Assembly (NCBI GenBank): GCA_964517835.1
Contig: CAZFEV010000012.1
Location: 2,896-66,895, forward strand
Direction of reading: 5' to 3'
DNA from: an uncultured Flavobacteriaceae bacterium
Lineage (GTDB): Bacteria; Bacteroidota; Bacteroidia; Flavobacteriales; Flavobacteriaceae
DNA length: 64,000 nt
Each line of letters begins with the position of its first letter. Positions within the stretch are counted from its first letter, which is position 1. The position numbers and the translations under genes were made by a program. Shown piece by piece: positions 50,319-60,477 of this stretch. The notes beneath the pieces were generated by a model that worked only from the letters and a program-made list of their open reading frames with translations, made no database searches and was not told where the DNA came from.

Positions 50319-51365
50319 ATGAATAAAGGAATATTATTGGCTGCCGTTCTACTATTTTTGAGTTGTTCTAGTGATGACCAAAATGGTTATGAACCAACTC
50401 CAATGCCGTTAGAGATTCCTCAAATATTTTCAGAAAATATTATCGCGCCCATAATTCCTAATGATAATCCTCAAACTGTTGAAGGTGTTGCACTAGGAAA
50501 AAAACTTTTCTTCGACACCATTTTATCAGCCGACGGTTCACAATCTTGTGCAAGTTGCCATTCACCCCAAAGTGCGTTTACAGATAATTTTGCGACAAGT
50601 ACAGGAGTTAATGGAATTGCCGGTACTAGAAATTCGATGCCATTATTCAATTTAGCTTGGAACTACAGTGAACGCTTTACCTGGGACGGAAAAGAATTGA
50701 GCTTAGAAAGACAAGCTGAAGAACCAGTTCAGAACCCTATAGAAATGCATAGTAGTTGGGATGATGTCATTGAACGATTGCAGACACATCAAGAATATCC
50801 TCAATTATTTGATATTGCATTTAACACCTCTACAATTACTAAAGAATTAACTACCAAGGCAATTGCTCAGTTTGAACGCACTCTAATATCTGCGAACTCT
50901 AAATTTGACAGATACTCACTTGGGATAGAAACCTTAACAGAACAAGAGTTAAGTGGATTAGACATCTTTCTTAGAGAAGATAAAGGAGATTGCTTTCATT
51001 GTCATGGCAACCCAAATAATCCGTTATGGACCAATAACGACTTCCATAATAATGGTTTAGATGCCACCTTCACGGATTTAGGTTTAGGCGCAGTAACTGG
51101 TGATCCTAACGATAATGGGAAGTTTAGAACTCCTTCCTTAAGAAACCTAGTTTACACGGCACCATACATGCACGATGGTCGTTTTACAACTCTAGATGAA
51201 GTAATAAATCATTATAGTGAAGGACTTCAGAATTCGCCAACCATTGACCCACTAATGAAGCAAATTAATCAAGGTGGTGTACAGTTAACAGATCAAGAAA
51301 AAGCAGATTTGAAAGCTTTTCTACTCACCTTATCAGATCCGTCATTCATCGAAAGTAATGACTAA
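50319..51365 (+). CDS. mbnH: Di-heme cytochrome c peroxidase, MauG/MbnH family lipoprotein
   Basis: Two CxxCH motifs (CASCH, CFHCH), LGKKLFFD, WDG, FRTPSLRN, APYMHDG. Confidence 0.85.
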   Translation: MNKGILLAAVLLFLSCSSDDQNGYEPTPMPLEIPQIFSENIIAPIIPNDNPQTVEGVALGKKLFFDTILSADGSQSCASCHSPQSAFTDNFATSTGVNGIAGTRNSMPLFNLAWNYSERFTWDGKELSLERQAEEPVQNPIEMHSSWDDVIERLQTHQEYPQLFDIAFNTSTITKELTTKAIAQFERTLISANSKFDRYSLGIETLTEQELSGLDIFLREDKGDCFHCHGNPNNPLWTNNDFHNNGLDATFTDLGLGAVTGDPNDNGKFRTPSLRNLVYTAPYMHDGRFTTLDEVINHYSEGLQNSPTIDPLMKQINQGGVQLTDQEKADLKAFLLTLSDPSFIESND

Positions 51366-51483
51366 AAAATTGACATATGTCAATAAAATTGTTCTTTTAT
51401 GTGCATTTCATCGAAAGATAATGCACTTTCACCTATAAATTTAGATGTTTTTGTACATTAGACTTGCCTCTAAATTTTTTATC

Positions 51484-51633
51484 ATGGATAGCAATACCCT
51501 TTATGCGTTATCGAACTCCTTTTATGGACGTCTTTACATCAAATCTTTATCTGAAAAGAAAAAATCCTCCCAATCTAAAAAAAGTAGCAAAGACTTAAGT
51601 GCTGCTAAAAACATGGAAAAAGGACAATCTTAG
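51484..51633 (+). CDS. Small basic hypothetical protein (49 aa)
   Basis: MDSNTLYALSNSFYGRLYIKS...; ATG 51484 is supported by an upstream region similar to that of the 51918 gene. Confidence 0.45.
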   Translation: MDSNTLYALSNSFYGRLYIKSLSEKKKSSQSKKSSKDLSAAKNMEKGQS

Positions 51634-51917
51634 ATGTAATTACTTTATGGTTTAATATTGACTTTGCTTAATCTTAAGTATTGAACTTTTGATCATACTC
51701 TTTAAATGATTGTTGTTTATCAATAAATCATGAGGAAGCTTCTATTTCTTAAATCAAAATGTTCTTGTCCACCTCACTGATGGAATTCCGAAAACTCAAA
51801 ATTGATGTATGTTTATTTAACGTATGTGGAGTGTGCGTTTCATCGAATAAATAAGGATTTAATCTTAAGTTTCTATTTCAATTTTGTAAATTAACAATGC
51901 CCTAAATTTTATTTATT

Positions 51918-52163
51918 ATGATTTACAATGCAAAAATAACTTTGCCCTGCACCATTTTTGGTCATAACATTGAAAAGTCCAAACCAAATATGAATAATGA
52001 TTCTGAATTGAAATGTAAACCTTGCGATATTGCCATTAACTCAAAGGCAAAGGGTGAACATGTAGACACTAGCGTTTTTAGTGACGACATTCAATTCTTA
52101 ATCCAAAAGCTTTATCATTTAAAGCTGAAATCCTATAAATTACAAAGACTTCACAGGCAATAA
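51918..52163 (+). CDS. Small C-x3-GH...CxxC protein (DUF1660-like), third paralogue
   Basis: PCTIFGHN...LKCKPCD. Confidence 0.6.
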   Translation: MIYNAKITLPCTIFGHNIEKSKPNMNNDSELKCKPCDIAINSKAKGEHVDTSVFSDDIQFLIQKLYHLKLKSYKLQRLHRQ

Positions 52164-52228
52164 ATAAATTCTATTTAGTCATATGCTAATATAATGTTAG
52201 CAAACGTGGTTAGAATTCAGTTAAGTCG

Positions 52229-52263
52229 TATATTTGCGGTTCTATTTAGAAATAATCTAATTA
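52229..52263 (+). promoter_or_regulatory. suf promoter -7 element with downstream palindromic operator
   Basis: TATATTTG (52229-52236) then TATTTAGA-AATAA-TCTAATTA (52243-52263). Confidence 0.65.
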
Positions 52264-52266
52264 AAT

Positions 52267-52596
52267 ATGATTAAGGTTTCTGAACAAGCAAAAACAAAGG
52301 TCATTGAACTTATGAATGACGACGGCTATAATCCTAGTACTGACTATGTTAGAGTTGGTGTAAAGAGTGGTGGTTGCTCTGGGCTTTCATACGACCTAAA
52401 GTTTGATAAAGAACAATTAGAAAACGATAAAGTTTTTGAGGATAATGGTGTAAAAATCATTGTTGACAAAAAAAGCTTTCTATATCTCATTGGGACAACA
52501 TTAGAATATTCTGGTGGTCTTAACGGCACTGGTTTTGTTTTTAATAACCCAAATGCCAATCGTACTTGCGGTTGCGGAGAATCATTTTCACTTTAA
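52267..52596 (+). CDS. sufA: A-type Fe-S carrier (HesB/IscA/SufA)
   Basis: GGCSGLSY, NPNANRTCGCGESF. Confidence 0.92.
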   Translation: MIKVSEQAKTKVIELMNDDGYNPSTDYVRVGVKSGGCSGLSYDLKFDKEQLENDKVFEDNGVKIIVDKKSFLYLIGTTLEYSGGLNGTGFVFNNPNANRTCGCGESFSL

Positions 52597-52605
52597 GAGA
52601 AAGCC

Positions 52606-54054
52606 ATGAGTAAATATACTGAAGACGACTTAAGAGAAGAGTTAAAAACCAAAGAATACGAATATGGTTTTTATACAGATATAGAATCTGAAACTTTCCC
52701 TAATGGCCTAAACGAAGATATCGTTAGAGCAATTTCAAAAAAGAAGGAAGAACCAGAATGGATGACAGAATGGAGATTGCAAGCTTTTAAAGTTTGGAAA
52801 GAAATGACAGAGCCAGAATGGGCGAATGTATATTACGAAAAACCAGATTTTCAAGCCATTTCTTATTATTCTGCACCAAACAGCAAACCAAAATATGATA
52901 GCTTAGACGAAGTTGATCCTGAGCTTTTAGCAACTTTTGAAAAACTCGGAATTTCCCTAGATGAACAGAAAAAACTTGCTGGTGTAGCAATGGACGTTGT
53001 TGTAGATTCTGTGTCTGTGGCGACAACATTTAAAAAGACTTTAGCAGAAAAAGGCATCATCTTCATGAGTATTTCTGAAGCGATTCAAGAGTATCCAGAA
53101 TTGGTAAAGAAATATATTGGGACTGTAGTTCCGCAAAAAGATAATTTTTATGCAGCATTAAATTCTGCTGTGTTTAGTGATGGAAGTTTCTGCTACATTC
53201 CAAAAGGTGTCAAATGCCCAATGGAATTGTCTACATATTTTAGAATTAACCAAGCAGGTACAGGACAGTTTGAAAGAACACTTGTTATTGCAGATGAAGG
53301 CAGTTATGTGAGTTACCTAGAAGGTTGTACAGCACCAAGCCGTGATGAAAATCAATTGCATGCAGCAGTTGTAGAATTAATTGCACTTGATGATGCTGAA
53401 ATAAAATATTCTACGGTACAAAACTGGTACCCAGGAAATGCTGAAGGTAAAGGTGGAGTTTACAACTTTGTAACGAAACGTGGCCTTTGTGAGAAGAATG
53501 CAAAAATATCATGGACACAAGTAGAAACGGGTTCTGCAGTAACTTGGAAATATCCTTCTTGTGTACTAAAAGGTGACAACTCAGTTGGTGAATTCTATTC
53601 TATTGCTGTAACAAATAACTTTCAGCAGGCAGATACTGGTACAAAAATGATTCACTTAGGTAAAAACACTAAGTCTACTATTATCTCTAAAGGTATTTCT
53701 GCTGGTAAGTCACAAAATTCATATCGAGGTTTGGTGCAAATAAGTCCTCGTGCAGAAAATGCACGTAACTTTTCCCAATGTGATAGTTTATTGATGGGTA
53801 ATGAATGTGGAGCTCACACTTTCCCATATATTGAAGCTAACAACAAATCAGCACAAATAGAACACGAGGCTACAACAAGTAAAATTGGTGAAGACCAAAT
53901 TTTCTACTGTAATCAAAGAGGAATAGATACGGAAAAAGCCATTGCATTAATTGTTAATGGTTTTAGTAAAGAAGTCCTTAATAAATTACCTATGGAATTT
54001 GCTGTTGAAGCGCAAAAACTATTAGAAATAAGCCTTGAAGGTTCTGTTGGATAA
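52606..54054 (+). CDS. sufB: Fe-S cluster assembly protein SufB
   Basis: [39 protein letters not shown]. Confidence 0.97.
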   Translation: MSKYTEDDLREELKTKEYEYGFYTDIESETFPNGLNEDIVRAISKKKEEPEWMTEWRLQAFKVWKEMTEPEWANVYYEKPDFQAISYYSAPNSKPKYDSLDEVDPELLATFEKLGISLDEQKKLAGVAMDVVVDSVSVATTFKKTLAEKGIIFMSISEAIQEYPELVKKYIGTVVPQKDNFYAALNSAVFSDGSFCYIPKGVKCPMELSTYFRINQAGTGQFERTLVIADEGSYVSYLEGCTAPSRDENQLHAAVVELIALDDAEIKYSTVQNWYPGNAEGKGGVYNFVTKRGLCEKNAKISWTQVETGSAVTWKYPSCVLKGDNSVGEFYSIAVTNNFQQADTGTKMIHLGKNTKSTIISKGISAGKSQNSYRGLVQISPRAENARNFSQCDSLLMGNECGAHTFPYIEANNKSAQIEHEATTSKIGEDQIFYCNQRGIDTEKAIALIVNGFSKEVLNKLPMEFAVEAQKLLEISLEGSVG

Positions 54055-54071
54055 CAACGTGCAATAAACCA

Positions 54072-54488
54072 ATGAAGAAAATTATAATCATTTTAATTAC
54101 ACTTCTAGCATTCTCAGCTTGCAAAAACGACGCAAAAGCCAAAGAAGTTAACTTAGAAGAAAACAGAGCAAAATCATACGATGCCAATGATGGTTATATT
54201 ACTATGAGAGGAGAGTTTATTTACGATGGAAAACAGAATGCAGCTGTATTTAAAGTTGGAAATGAAATGTATGGTGTAGTTATAGATGACAATATGCATG
54301 CACTCAATGCACAAGTTAAACCTTTTCAAAAAGAGGATACAGATATGGTTCCAGTAACTGTAAGGGTGAAACAATTTAAAAAACCAGAAGGTGAAGAAGG
54401 TTGGCCAAATCGTGTTGAAATAAAAGATATTTTAAAGGTTGAAGAACCTACAACAGATACAAAAGACGTTATAAAATTAGCAAACTAA
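54072..54488 (+). CDS. Hypothetical lipoprotein inside the suf operon
   Basis: Lipobox FSAC; GEFIY...AAVF, EEGW motifs. Confidence 0.75.
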   Translation: MKKIIIILITLLAFSACKNDAKAKEVNLEENRAKSYDANDGYITMRGEFIYDGKQNAAVFKVGNEMYGVVIDDNMHALNAQVKPFQKEDTDMVPVTVRVKQFKKPEGEEGWPNRVEIKDILKVEEPTTDTKDVIKLAN

Positions 54489-54494
54489 AGACTG

Positions 54495-55247
54495 ATGTTA
54501 AAGATAAATAACTTACACGCTAGTGTAGAAGATAAAGCAATTCTTAAAGGTATTAACCTTGATGTAAAACCAGGAGAAGTACACGCTATCATGGGACCAA
54601 ATGGTTCTGGTAAAAGTACTTTAGCTTCGGTAGTAGCTGGTAAAGAGGAATATGAAGTAGAAGAAGGAGAAATCCTTTTGGATGGTGAAAATATCGATGA
54701 GCTTGGTCCAGAAGAGCGTGCTCACAAAGGTGTGTTTTTATCATTTCAATATCCAGTAGAAATTCCTGGGGTTACGGTGACTAACTTCATGAAAACTGCC
54801 ATTAACGAAACACGCAAAGCAAAAGGTTTAGAAGATATGCCTGCTAACGAAATGCTTAAGATGATTCGCGAAAAATCTGAAATGTTAGAAATAGACCGTA
54901 AGTTTTTATCGCGTTCGCTTAACGAAGGGTTTTCTGGTGGTGAGAAGAAGCGTAACGAAATCTTTCAAATGGCAATGCTAGAGCCTAAGTTAGCCATCTT
55001 AGACGAAACAGATTCTGGTTTAGATATCGATGCACTTAGAATAGTTGCAAATGGTGTAAATAAGTTAAAGTCTAAGGACAATGCGGTAATTGTAATTACG
55101 CACTACCAAAGACTTTTAGATTACATCGTTCCAGATTACGTACACGTTTTATATAACGGAAGAATTGTAAAATCTGGAACTAAAGAATTAGCGCACGAGT
55201 TAGAAGCTAAAGGTTACGATTGGATTAAAGAAGAAGTTGGTGCGTAG
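54495..55247 (+). CDS. sufC: Fe-S cluster assembly ATPase SufC
   Basis: [36 protein letters not shown]. Confidence 0.97.
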   Translation: MLKINNLHASVEDKAILKGINLDVKPGEVHAIMGPNGSGKSTLASVVAGKEEYEVEEGEILLDGENIDELGPEERAHKGVFLSFQYPVEIPGVTVTNFMKTAINETRKAKGLEDMPANEMLKMIREKSEMLEIDRKFLSRSLNEGFSGGEKKRNEIFQMAMLEPKLAILDETDSGLDIDALRIVANGVNKLKSKDNAVIVITHYQRLLDYIVPDYVHVLYNGRIVKSGTKELAHELEAKGYDWIKEEVGA

Positions 55248-55252
55248 CAAAT

Positions 55253-55329
55253 TGTCATTCCTGCGAAGGCAGGAATCTCAATAAGAAAGAAATAATATTA
55301 AACAGATTCCTGCTTTCGCAGGAATGACA
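55253..55329. repeat. REP-like inverted pair between sufC and sufD
   Basis: TGTCATTCCTGCGAAGGCAGGAATCT (55253-55278) and AGATTCCTGCTTTCGCAGGAATGACA (55304-55329). Confidence 0.9.
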
Positions 55330-55335
55330 GAGATT

Positions 55336-56649
55336 ATGAGTTTAAAAGAAAAATTAGTGTCTTCATTCATGGCATTTGAGAATACAGTAGATATTGATTC
55401 GCCAATCCATGACATTAGAACTGAAGCAATTAAGGCTTTTGAAACTGAAGGTTTCCCTACAAAGAAACAAGAAGCTTGGAAATACACATCACTAAATTCT
55501 GTTTTAAAACACGATTATAGTGTGTTCCCAAAGCATGAAGATGCTCTTGAGTTTAAAGATGTAAAGAAGTACTTTATCCACGATATTGACTCGTACAAGA
55601 TTATTTTTATTGATGGTAAGTACTCATCACATCTATCTCAAACTACACATGATGGTATAGATGTTTGTTTAATGTCTGCGGCATTAACCAAACCGAAGTA
55701 CAGAATCATCGTTGAAAATTATTTCAATAAGATTGCTACCAAAGACGGAATATCTTCTTTAAATACGGCATTCTCTGCCGAAGGTGCTTACATCCACATT
55801 CCAAAGAACAAATTGGTTGAGAAGCCAATTCAGATTATTCATTTTTCTACTGGTAATGAAGCAGCATTAATGCTTCAACCAAGAAACTTAGTTGTCGTAG
55901 ATGAGAATTCTCATGTTCAAATTATAGAGCGTCATCAGAGTTTAACCGACAATCCTGTGTTGACGAATAGTGTTACTGAGATTTTTGCTAACAAGCGTGC
56001 AATTGTAGACTACTACAAAATTCAAAATGATAGAGAAACTGCGTCTTTAATAGATAATACATTTATCAACCAAAAGCGCGAAAGTATTGCAAAGGTGCAT
56101 ACGTTTTCTTTCGGTGGAAAATTAACGAGAAACAATCTCAACTTCTATCAAAACGGTGAACGCATAGATTCTACAATGAAAGGCATTACCATTATTGGCA
56201 ACAAGCAACATGTAGACCATAATACTTTGGTACATCATATAGAACCAAATTGCGAGAGTCACCAAGACTACAAAGGTATTTTTGATGACAAAGCAACTGG
56301 TGTATTTAATGGGAAAGTAATTGTTGAAAAAGAAGCTCAAAAAACAAATGCATTTCAGGCTAACAACAACATTTTAGTTAGTGATAAGGCCAGTATAAAC
56401 ACTAAACCTCAACTCGAGATTTTTGCAGATGATGTAAAATGTTCTCATGGTTGTACTATTGGTCAATTAGATGAAAGTGCTATGTTCTATTTGCGTTCTC
56501 GTGGTATTCCAGAAAAAGAAGCGAGAGCTTTATTAATGTTTGCATTTAGTAACAACGTTTTAGATTCTGTAAAAATTCCTGAGATTAAGAACAGAATTAC
56601 AGCTATTATTGCTAGAAAATTAGGTGTAAATATTGGTTTTGATTTGTAA
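55336..56649 (+). CDS. sufD: Fe-S cluster assembly protein SufD
   Basis: EAWKYT, GVFNGKVIV, KPQLEIFADDVKCSHG, FYLRSRGI; ATG 55336 preferred because 55324 lies inside the repeat. Confidence 0.96.
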   Translation: MSLKEKLVSSFMAFENTVDIDSPIHDIRTEAIKAFETEGFPTKKQEAWKYTSLNSVLKHDYSVFPKHEDALEFKDVKKYFIHDIDSYKIIFIDGKYSSHLSQTTHDGIDVCLMSAALTKPKYRIIVENYFNKIATKDGISSLNTAFSAEGAYIHIPKNKLVEKPIQIIHFSTGNEAALMLQPRNLVVVDENSHVQIIERHQSLTDNPVLTNSVTEIFANKRAIVDYYKIQNDRETASLIDNTFINQKRESIAKVHTFSFGGKLTRNNLNFYQNGERIDSTMKGITIIGNKQHVDHNTLVHHIEPNCESHQDYKGIFDDKATGVFNGKVIVEKEAQKTNAFQANNNILVSDKASINTKPQLEIFADDVKCSHGCTIGQLDESAMFYLRSRGIPEKEARALLMFAFSNNVLDSVKIPEIKNRITAIIARKLGVNIGFDL

Positions 56650-56680
56650 TCATATACTTTAGAGCAATAAAATTTACTTT

Positions 56681-57292
56681 ATGAAAAATATTTTAGCGCT
56701 TTTCCTCTTTGTATTGGTATCCACGTCATTAAAAGCCCAGGAATATTCATTTGGTTTAATGCTTGGAACGAACGTCTACAGTATGAACCTAACATCAGGT
56801 GATGGTACAGATTTAGGTGTTGACAAAGGAATTACACCATTTAATTTAGGTCTTTTCGGAACAAAAAAAATAGGTGAAAAATCTGGTATTCGTCTAAATA
56901 TATTTTACGGTCAGTCTGTTGAACGTGGCTTCTTTTCTGATAATATATCAACAGGAAAGATTAACATTCAGAAACTAAATCTTCAATTATTATACAAATA
57001 CTATCCGAGTAAAGTTTATGGAGAAGGTAAATATTTACTTGCTGGACCAAGAATGACTTTAATAAATTCAGCAGAGCGCAGAGATGATGGTTTCGACTTT
57101 ACTGATTTATATAATGATTCTAATTTTGGGCTAAATGCTGGTCTAGGTTTTCACCTAACTAGTCAACTCAATATTGAATTTTTAATAGATTACGGATTAC
57201 CAAACATAGTTAATATCGGAGATAACAAAGTGAGTTCAATAGGAGCGTATTTGAATGTTTTATTTAATATCGAATCATTAATTAGCAAATAG
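56681..57292 (+). CDS. Outer-membrane beta-barrel (porin-like) protein
   Basis: Signal peptide, alternating strands, LAGP, FGLNAGLGF. Confidence 0.7.
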   Translation: MKNILALFLFVLVSTSLKAQEYSFGLMLGTNVYSMNLTSGDGTDLGVDKGITPFNLGLFGTKKIGEKSGIRLNIFYGQSVERGFFSDNISTGKINIQKLNLQLLYKYYPSKVYGEGKYLLAGPRMTLINSAERRDDGFDFTDLYNDSNFGLNAGLGFHLTSQLNIEFLIDYGLPNIVNIGDNKVSSIGAYLNVLFNIESLISK

Positions 57293-58506
57293 TGTTTAGT
57301 GTAAAAGACATTAGAAAGGATTTCCCAGTACTTAACCGCGAGGTTAATGGAAAACCATTGATTTATTTTGACAATGCTGCGACTTCACAGACACCTCAAC
57401 AGGTTATTGATGTCATTGTAGATTACTATTCTAATTATAATGCCAATATTCATAGAGGTGTTCATAGTCTTAGTCAAGAAGCTACAGATGCATATGAGCA
57501 GGCGCGTGTTAAAATCCAAAAACATTTTAATTCTGCTAAACCTTACGAAATCATTTTAACTTCAGGCACAACTCATAGCATTAATTTAGTAGCCAGTGGA
57601 TTCTCAGCATTACTAAAAAAAGATGATGAAGTTATTGTCTCTGCTTTAGAACATCATAGCAATATTGTGCCATGGCAAATGCTTTGCGAGCGCACTGGCG
57701 CTATACTGAAAGTCATACCAATGAATGATGATGGTGAACTCGTAATGTCTGAATATGAGAAATTGTTGTCTCACAATACAAAACTCGTTTTTGTAAACCA
57801 TATATCTAATGCATTAGGAACCATTAATCCTATTGAAGAGATTATAGAAAAGGCACACAACGTTGGTGCTGCGGTCTTAATTGATGGCGCACAAGCTTGC
57901 CCACACATTAAACCAGATGTTCAAGCTTTAGATGTTGATTTTTATGTGTGCTCGGCTCATAAAATTTGTGGTCCAACTGGTGTTGGCATGCTATACGGAA
58001 AAGAAGAATGGCTTAACAAATTACCACCATATCAAGGTGGTGGCGAAATGATTGCAGAAGTGTCTTTTGAAAAAACCACGTATGCAGATTTACCACATAA
58101 ATTTGAAGCAGGTACACCAAACATTTGTGGCGGCATTGCCTTTGGAGCTGCAGTAGACTATATGAATTCTATAGGTTTAGAAACTATAGCAGCTTATGAA
58201 AATGAATTGTTAGTTTATGCAACTGAGAAATTATTAGAAATTGATGGTTTAAAAATTTATGGTAACTCGGAAAATAAAACCTCAGTAATTTCATTTAATG
58301 TTGGCAATATTCATCCTTATGATTTAGGGACGTTATTAGATAAAATGGGAATTGCTGTGCGCACAGGACATCATTGTGCACAACCCATAATGAATTATTA
58401 CAAAATCCCTGGTACAGTGCGCGCTTCGTTTATGTTCTACAACACCAAAGAAGAAATTGACACGTTTATAACTTCGCTAAAAAAGGCAGTAATGATGCTG
58501 TCTTAA
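57292..58506 (+). CDS. sufS: Cysteine desulfurase SufS
   Basis: YFDNAATSQ, EHHSNIVPW, SAHK (PLP lysine), EAGTP, RTGHHCA. Confidence 0.96.
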   Translation: MFSVKDIRKDFPVLNREVNGKPLIYFDNAATSQTPQQVIDVIVDYYSNYNANIHRGVHSLSQEATDAYEQARVKIQKHFNSAKPYEIILTSGTTHSINLVASGFSALLKKDDEVIVSALEHHSNIVPWQMLCERTGAILKVIPMNDDGELVMSEYEKLLSHNTKLVFVNHISNALGTINPIEEIIEKAHNVGAAVLIDGAQACPHIKPDVQALDVDFYVCSAHKICGPTGVGMLYGKEEWLNKLPPYQGGGEMIAEVSFEKTTYADLPHKFEAGTPNICGGIAFGAAVDYMNSIGLETIAAYENELLVYATEKLLEIDGLKIYGNSENKTSVISFNVGNIHPYDLGTLLDKMGIAVRTGHHCAQPIMNYYKIPGTVRASFMFYNTKEEIDTFITSLKKAVMMLS

Positions 58507-58552
58507 GATTTGGCTCTGTTTTTGTATATTACCTAGTAAAGAACCAATTAAT

Positions 58553-59692
58553 ATGAAATTATTAATCACTTTACTCATGTTTTTATCTGTGAATACTTGC
58601 AATGAAAACAAGGAAAATCAGATTTCAGAAAAAACACCTGTGAAAGAGCAAAACAAATACACAATTACGCAGCTAGGCGACACAACAGATTTACCAAAAA
58701 ATATATGGTTGGTTTTTAACGAAAAATCAATTGCAATGAATTTAGGTTGCAATACATTACAATATGGTTATTCTCTTAAAGGAACCCAAATCAAATTAAA
58801 ACCAGGAATAAGCACTTTAATGATGTGCAATGAAGATGTTATGAAAATTGAAAACTTGGCTTCTAGTCTGATGGAAAAAGGAAATAACATTGAAATAACA
58901 AACAACGAAATAGTATTAAAAGAAAATGAGAACATCATTTTGATAGCTAAGAAATCAGAAAACGTAGATGCAAATGCTATTGTTGGAACTTATACTATTA
59001 CAGATTTAAAGGGTAGACAATTAGAAAAGTCAACATTAACAATCATATTTGAGGAAGGTTCGGACCGCGTCAATGGCTTTGCTGGTTGTAATAATTATTT
59101 TGGAAATTACACGTTAAATGAAAATCAAATAAAATTTGGTGCCATCGGATCCTCAAAAAAATACTGCGGTAGTGAAATTGGGTTAACGGAAAATAATATG
59201 CTTACTGCCTTAAGTGAAAGCAATAGGATAGAAATTACAGATGAAGGTCTTACATTTTTTACAGACGATATCATCGCTTTAAAAGCCAAAAGACAGGGAG
59301 ATAGCAATAAGTCAGAAGCAGTTGATGAAAATTTATCAATTGTGTATGAAGCTACTTCAAGAGGAACATTTATTAATATTCATATCACAAGGTCAACATT
59401 GACAATATCTGAAGATAGAAATCTTAGCGAAAAAAATAACTTCAATCTAAAAACTACTGATTGGGATGCCTTAAACAATTTGCTAAATGACATCGACCTG
59501 ACCAAATTGGAAACTTTAAAAGCACCAACAGACAAAAGACTATATGACGGTGCGGCCCATGCTGCTCTAACGGTTAAATCCAATGAGCATACCTACACTA
59601 CATCTTCTTTTGATCATGGTCATCCACCAAAAGAAATAGAAAATCTAGTTAATAAAGTGTTATCCATTAGGGAATTGTATGACAAACAATAA
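58553..59692 (+). CDS. META domain-containing exported protein (two META-like domains)
   Basis: LGCN...STLMMC and GFAGCNNYFG...SSKKYC; C-terminal DGAAHA...FDHGHPP. Confidence 0.8.
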   Translation: MKLLITLLMFLSVNTCNENKENQISEKTPVKEQNKYTITQLGDTTDLPKNIWLVFNEKSIAMNLGCNTLQYGYSLKGTQIKLKPGISTLMMCNEDVMKIENLASSLMEKGNNIEITNNEIVLKENENIILIAKKSENVDANAIVGTYTITDLKGRQLEKSTLTIIFEEGSDRVNGFAGCNNYFGNYTLNENQIKFGAIGSSKKYCGSEIGLTENNMLTALSESNRIEITDEGLTFFTDDIIALKAKRQGDSNKSEAVDENLSIVYEATSRGTFINIHITRSTLTISEDRNLSEKNNFNLKTTDWDALNNLLNDIDLTKLETLKAPTDKRLYDGAAHAALTVKSNEHTYTTSSFDHGHPPKEIENLVNKVLSIRELYDKQ

Positions 59693-59725
59693 CGATTTTG
59701 TAATTTTGCATCAAAATGAAAGACT

Positions 59726-60148
59726 ATGAGTATTGAAGAAATTCAAAATGAGATAATAGACGAATTTTCTATGTTTGATGATTGGGAGGATCGTTATCAA
59801 TATATGATAGATTTAGGTAAGACACTTCCATTAATTGAAGAAAAATATAAGACCGAAGATCATATTATTAAAGGTTGCCAGAGTAAAGTTTGGGTGCATG
59901 CTAATATGGACGCAGATAAGGTAAATTTCACCGCGGATAGTGATGCCATCATTACCAAAGGTATAATTGCCATATTAATTAGAGTATTCTCTAATCAACA
60001 CCCAAAAGACATTATTGATGCAGACACCAACTTTATTGATGAAATTGGTCTAAAAGAACACTTATCACCGACACGAGCAAATGGATTGGTGAGCATGATA
60101 AAACAATTAAAAATGTATGCTATTGCATACCAAACACAATTGAATTAA
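59726..60148 (+). CDS. sufE: SufE sulfur acceptor
   Basis: WEDRYQYMIDLG, IKGCQSKVW, DSDA, LSPTRANG. Confidence 0.95.
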   Translation: MSIEEIQNEIIDEFSMFDDWEDRYQYMIDLGKTLPLIEEKYKTEDHIIKGCQSKVWVHANMDADKVNFTADSDAIITKGIIAILIRVFSNQHPKDIIDADTNFIDEIGLKEHLSPTRANGLVSMIKQLKMYAIAYQTQLN

Positions 60149-60149
60149 G

Positions 60150-60476
60150 ATGAGTGAAACAACAATAGATACAAATGTACTAGGCGATAAAATAGTTAGA
60201 GTTCTTAAAACCATATACGATCCGGAAATCCCTGTAGATATTTACGAGCTAGGATTAATATATGATGTGTTTGTAAACGAAGATTATGAAGTTAAAATCT
60301 TGATGACCTTAACATCGCCAAATTGTCCTGTAGCTGAGACTTTACCTCTAGAGGTTGAAGAAAAAGTGAAATCGATTAATGAAGTAAAGGATGCAGAAGT
60401 TGAGATTACCTTCGATCCACCTTGGTCTCAAGATTTAATGAGTGAAGAAGCAAAATTAGAATTAGGAATGCTGTAA
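60150..60476 (+). CDS. sufT: DUF59/SufT Fe-S assembly protein
   Basis: DPEIPVDIYELGLIY, MTLTSPNCP, FDPPW. Confidence 0.9.
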   Translation: MSETTIDTNVLGDKIVRVLKTIYDPEIPVDIYELGLIYDVFVNEDYEVKILMTLTSPNCPVAETLPLEVEEKVKSINEVKDAEVEITFDPPWSQDLMSEEAKLELGML

Positions 60477-60477
60477 T

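Noticed and set aside
51730-51894. Possible selenoprotein-like frame MRKLLFLKSKCSCPPH-TGA-WNSENSK
   Set aside because: No SECIS-like hairpin after the TGA, no recognisable family, and the frame runs through the next gene's promoter
55278-55487. Minus-strand ORF containing VIPAKAGI
   Set aside because: The peptide comes from the REP palindrome and the antisense of sufD
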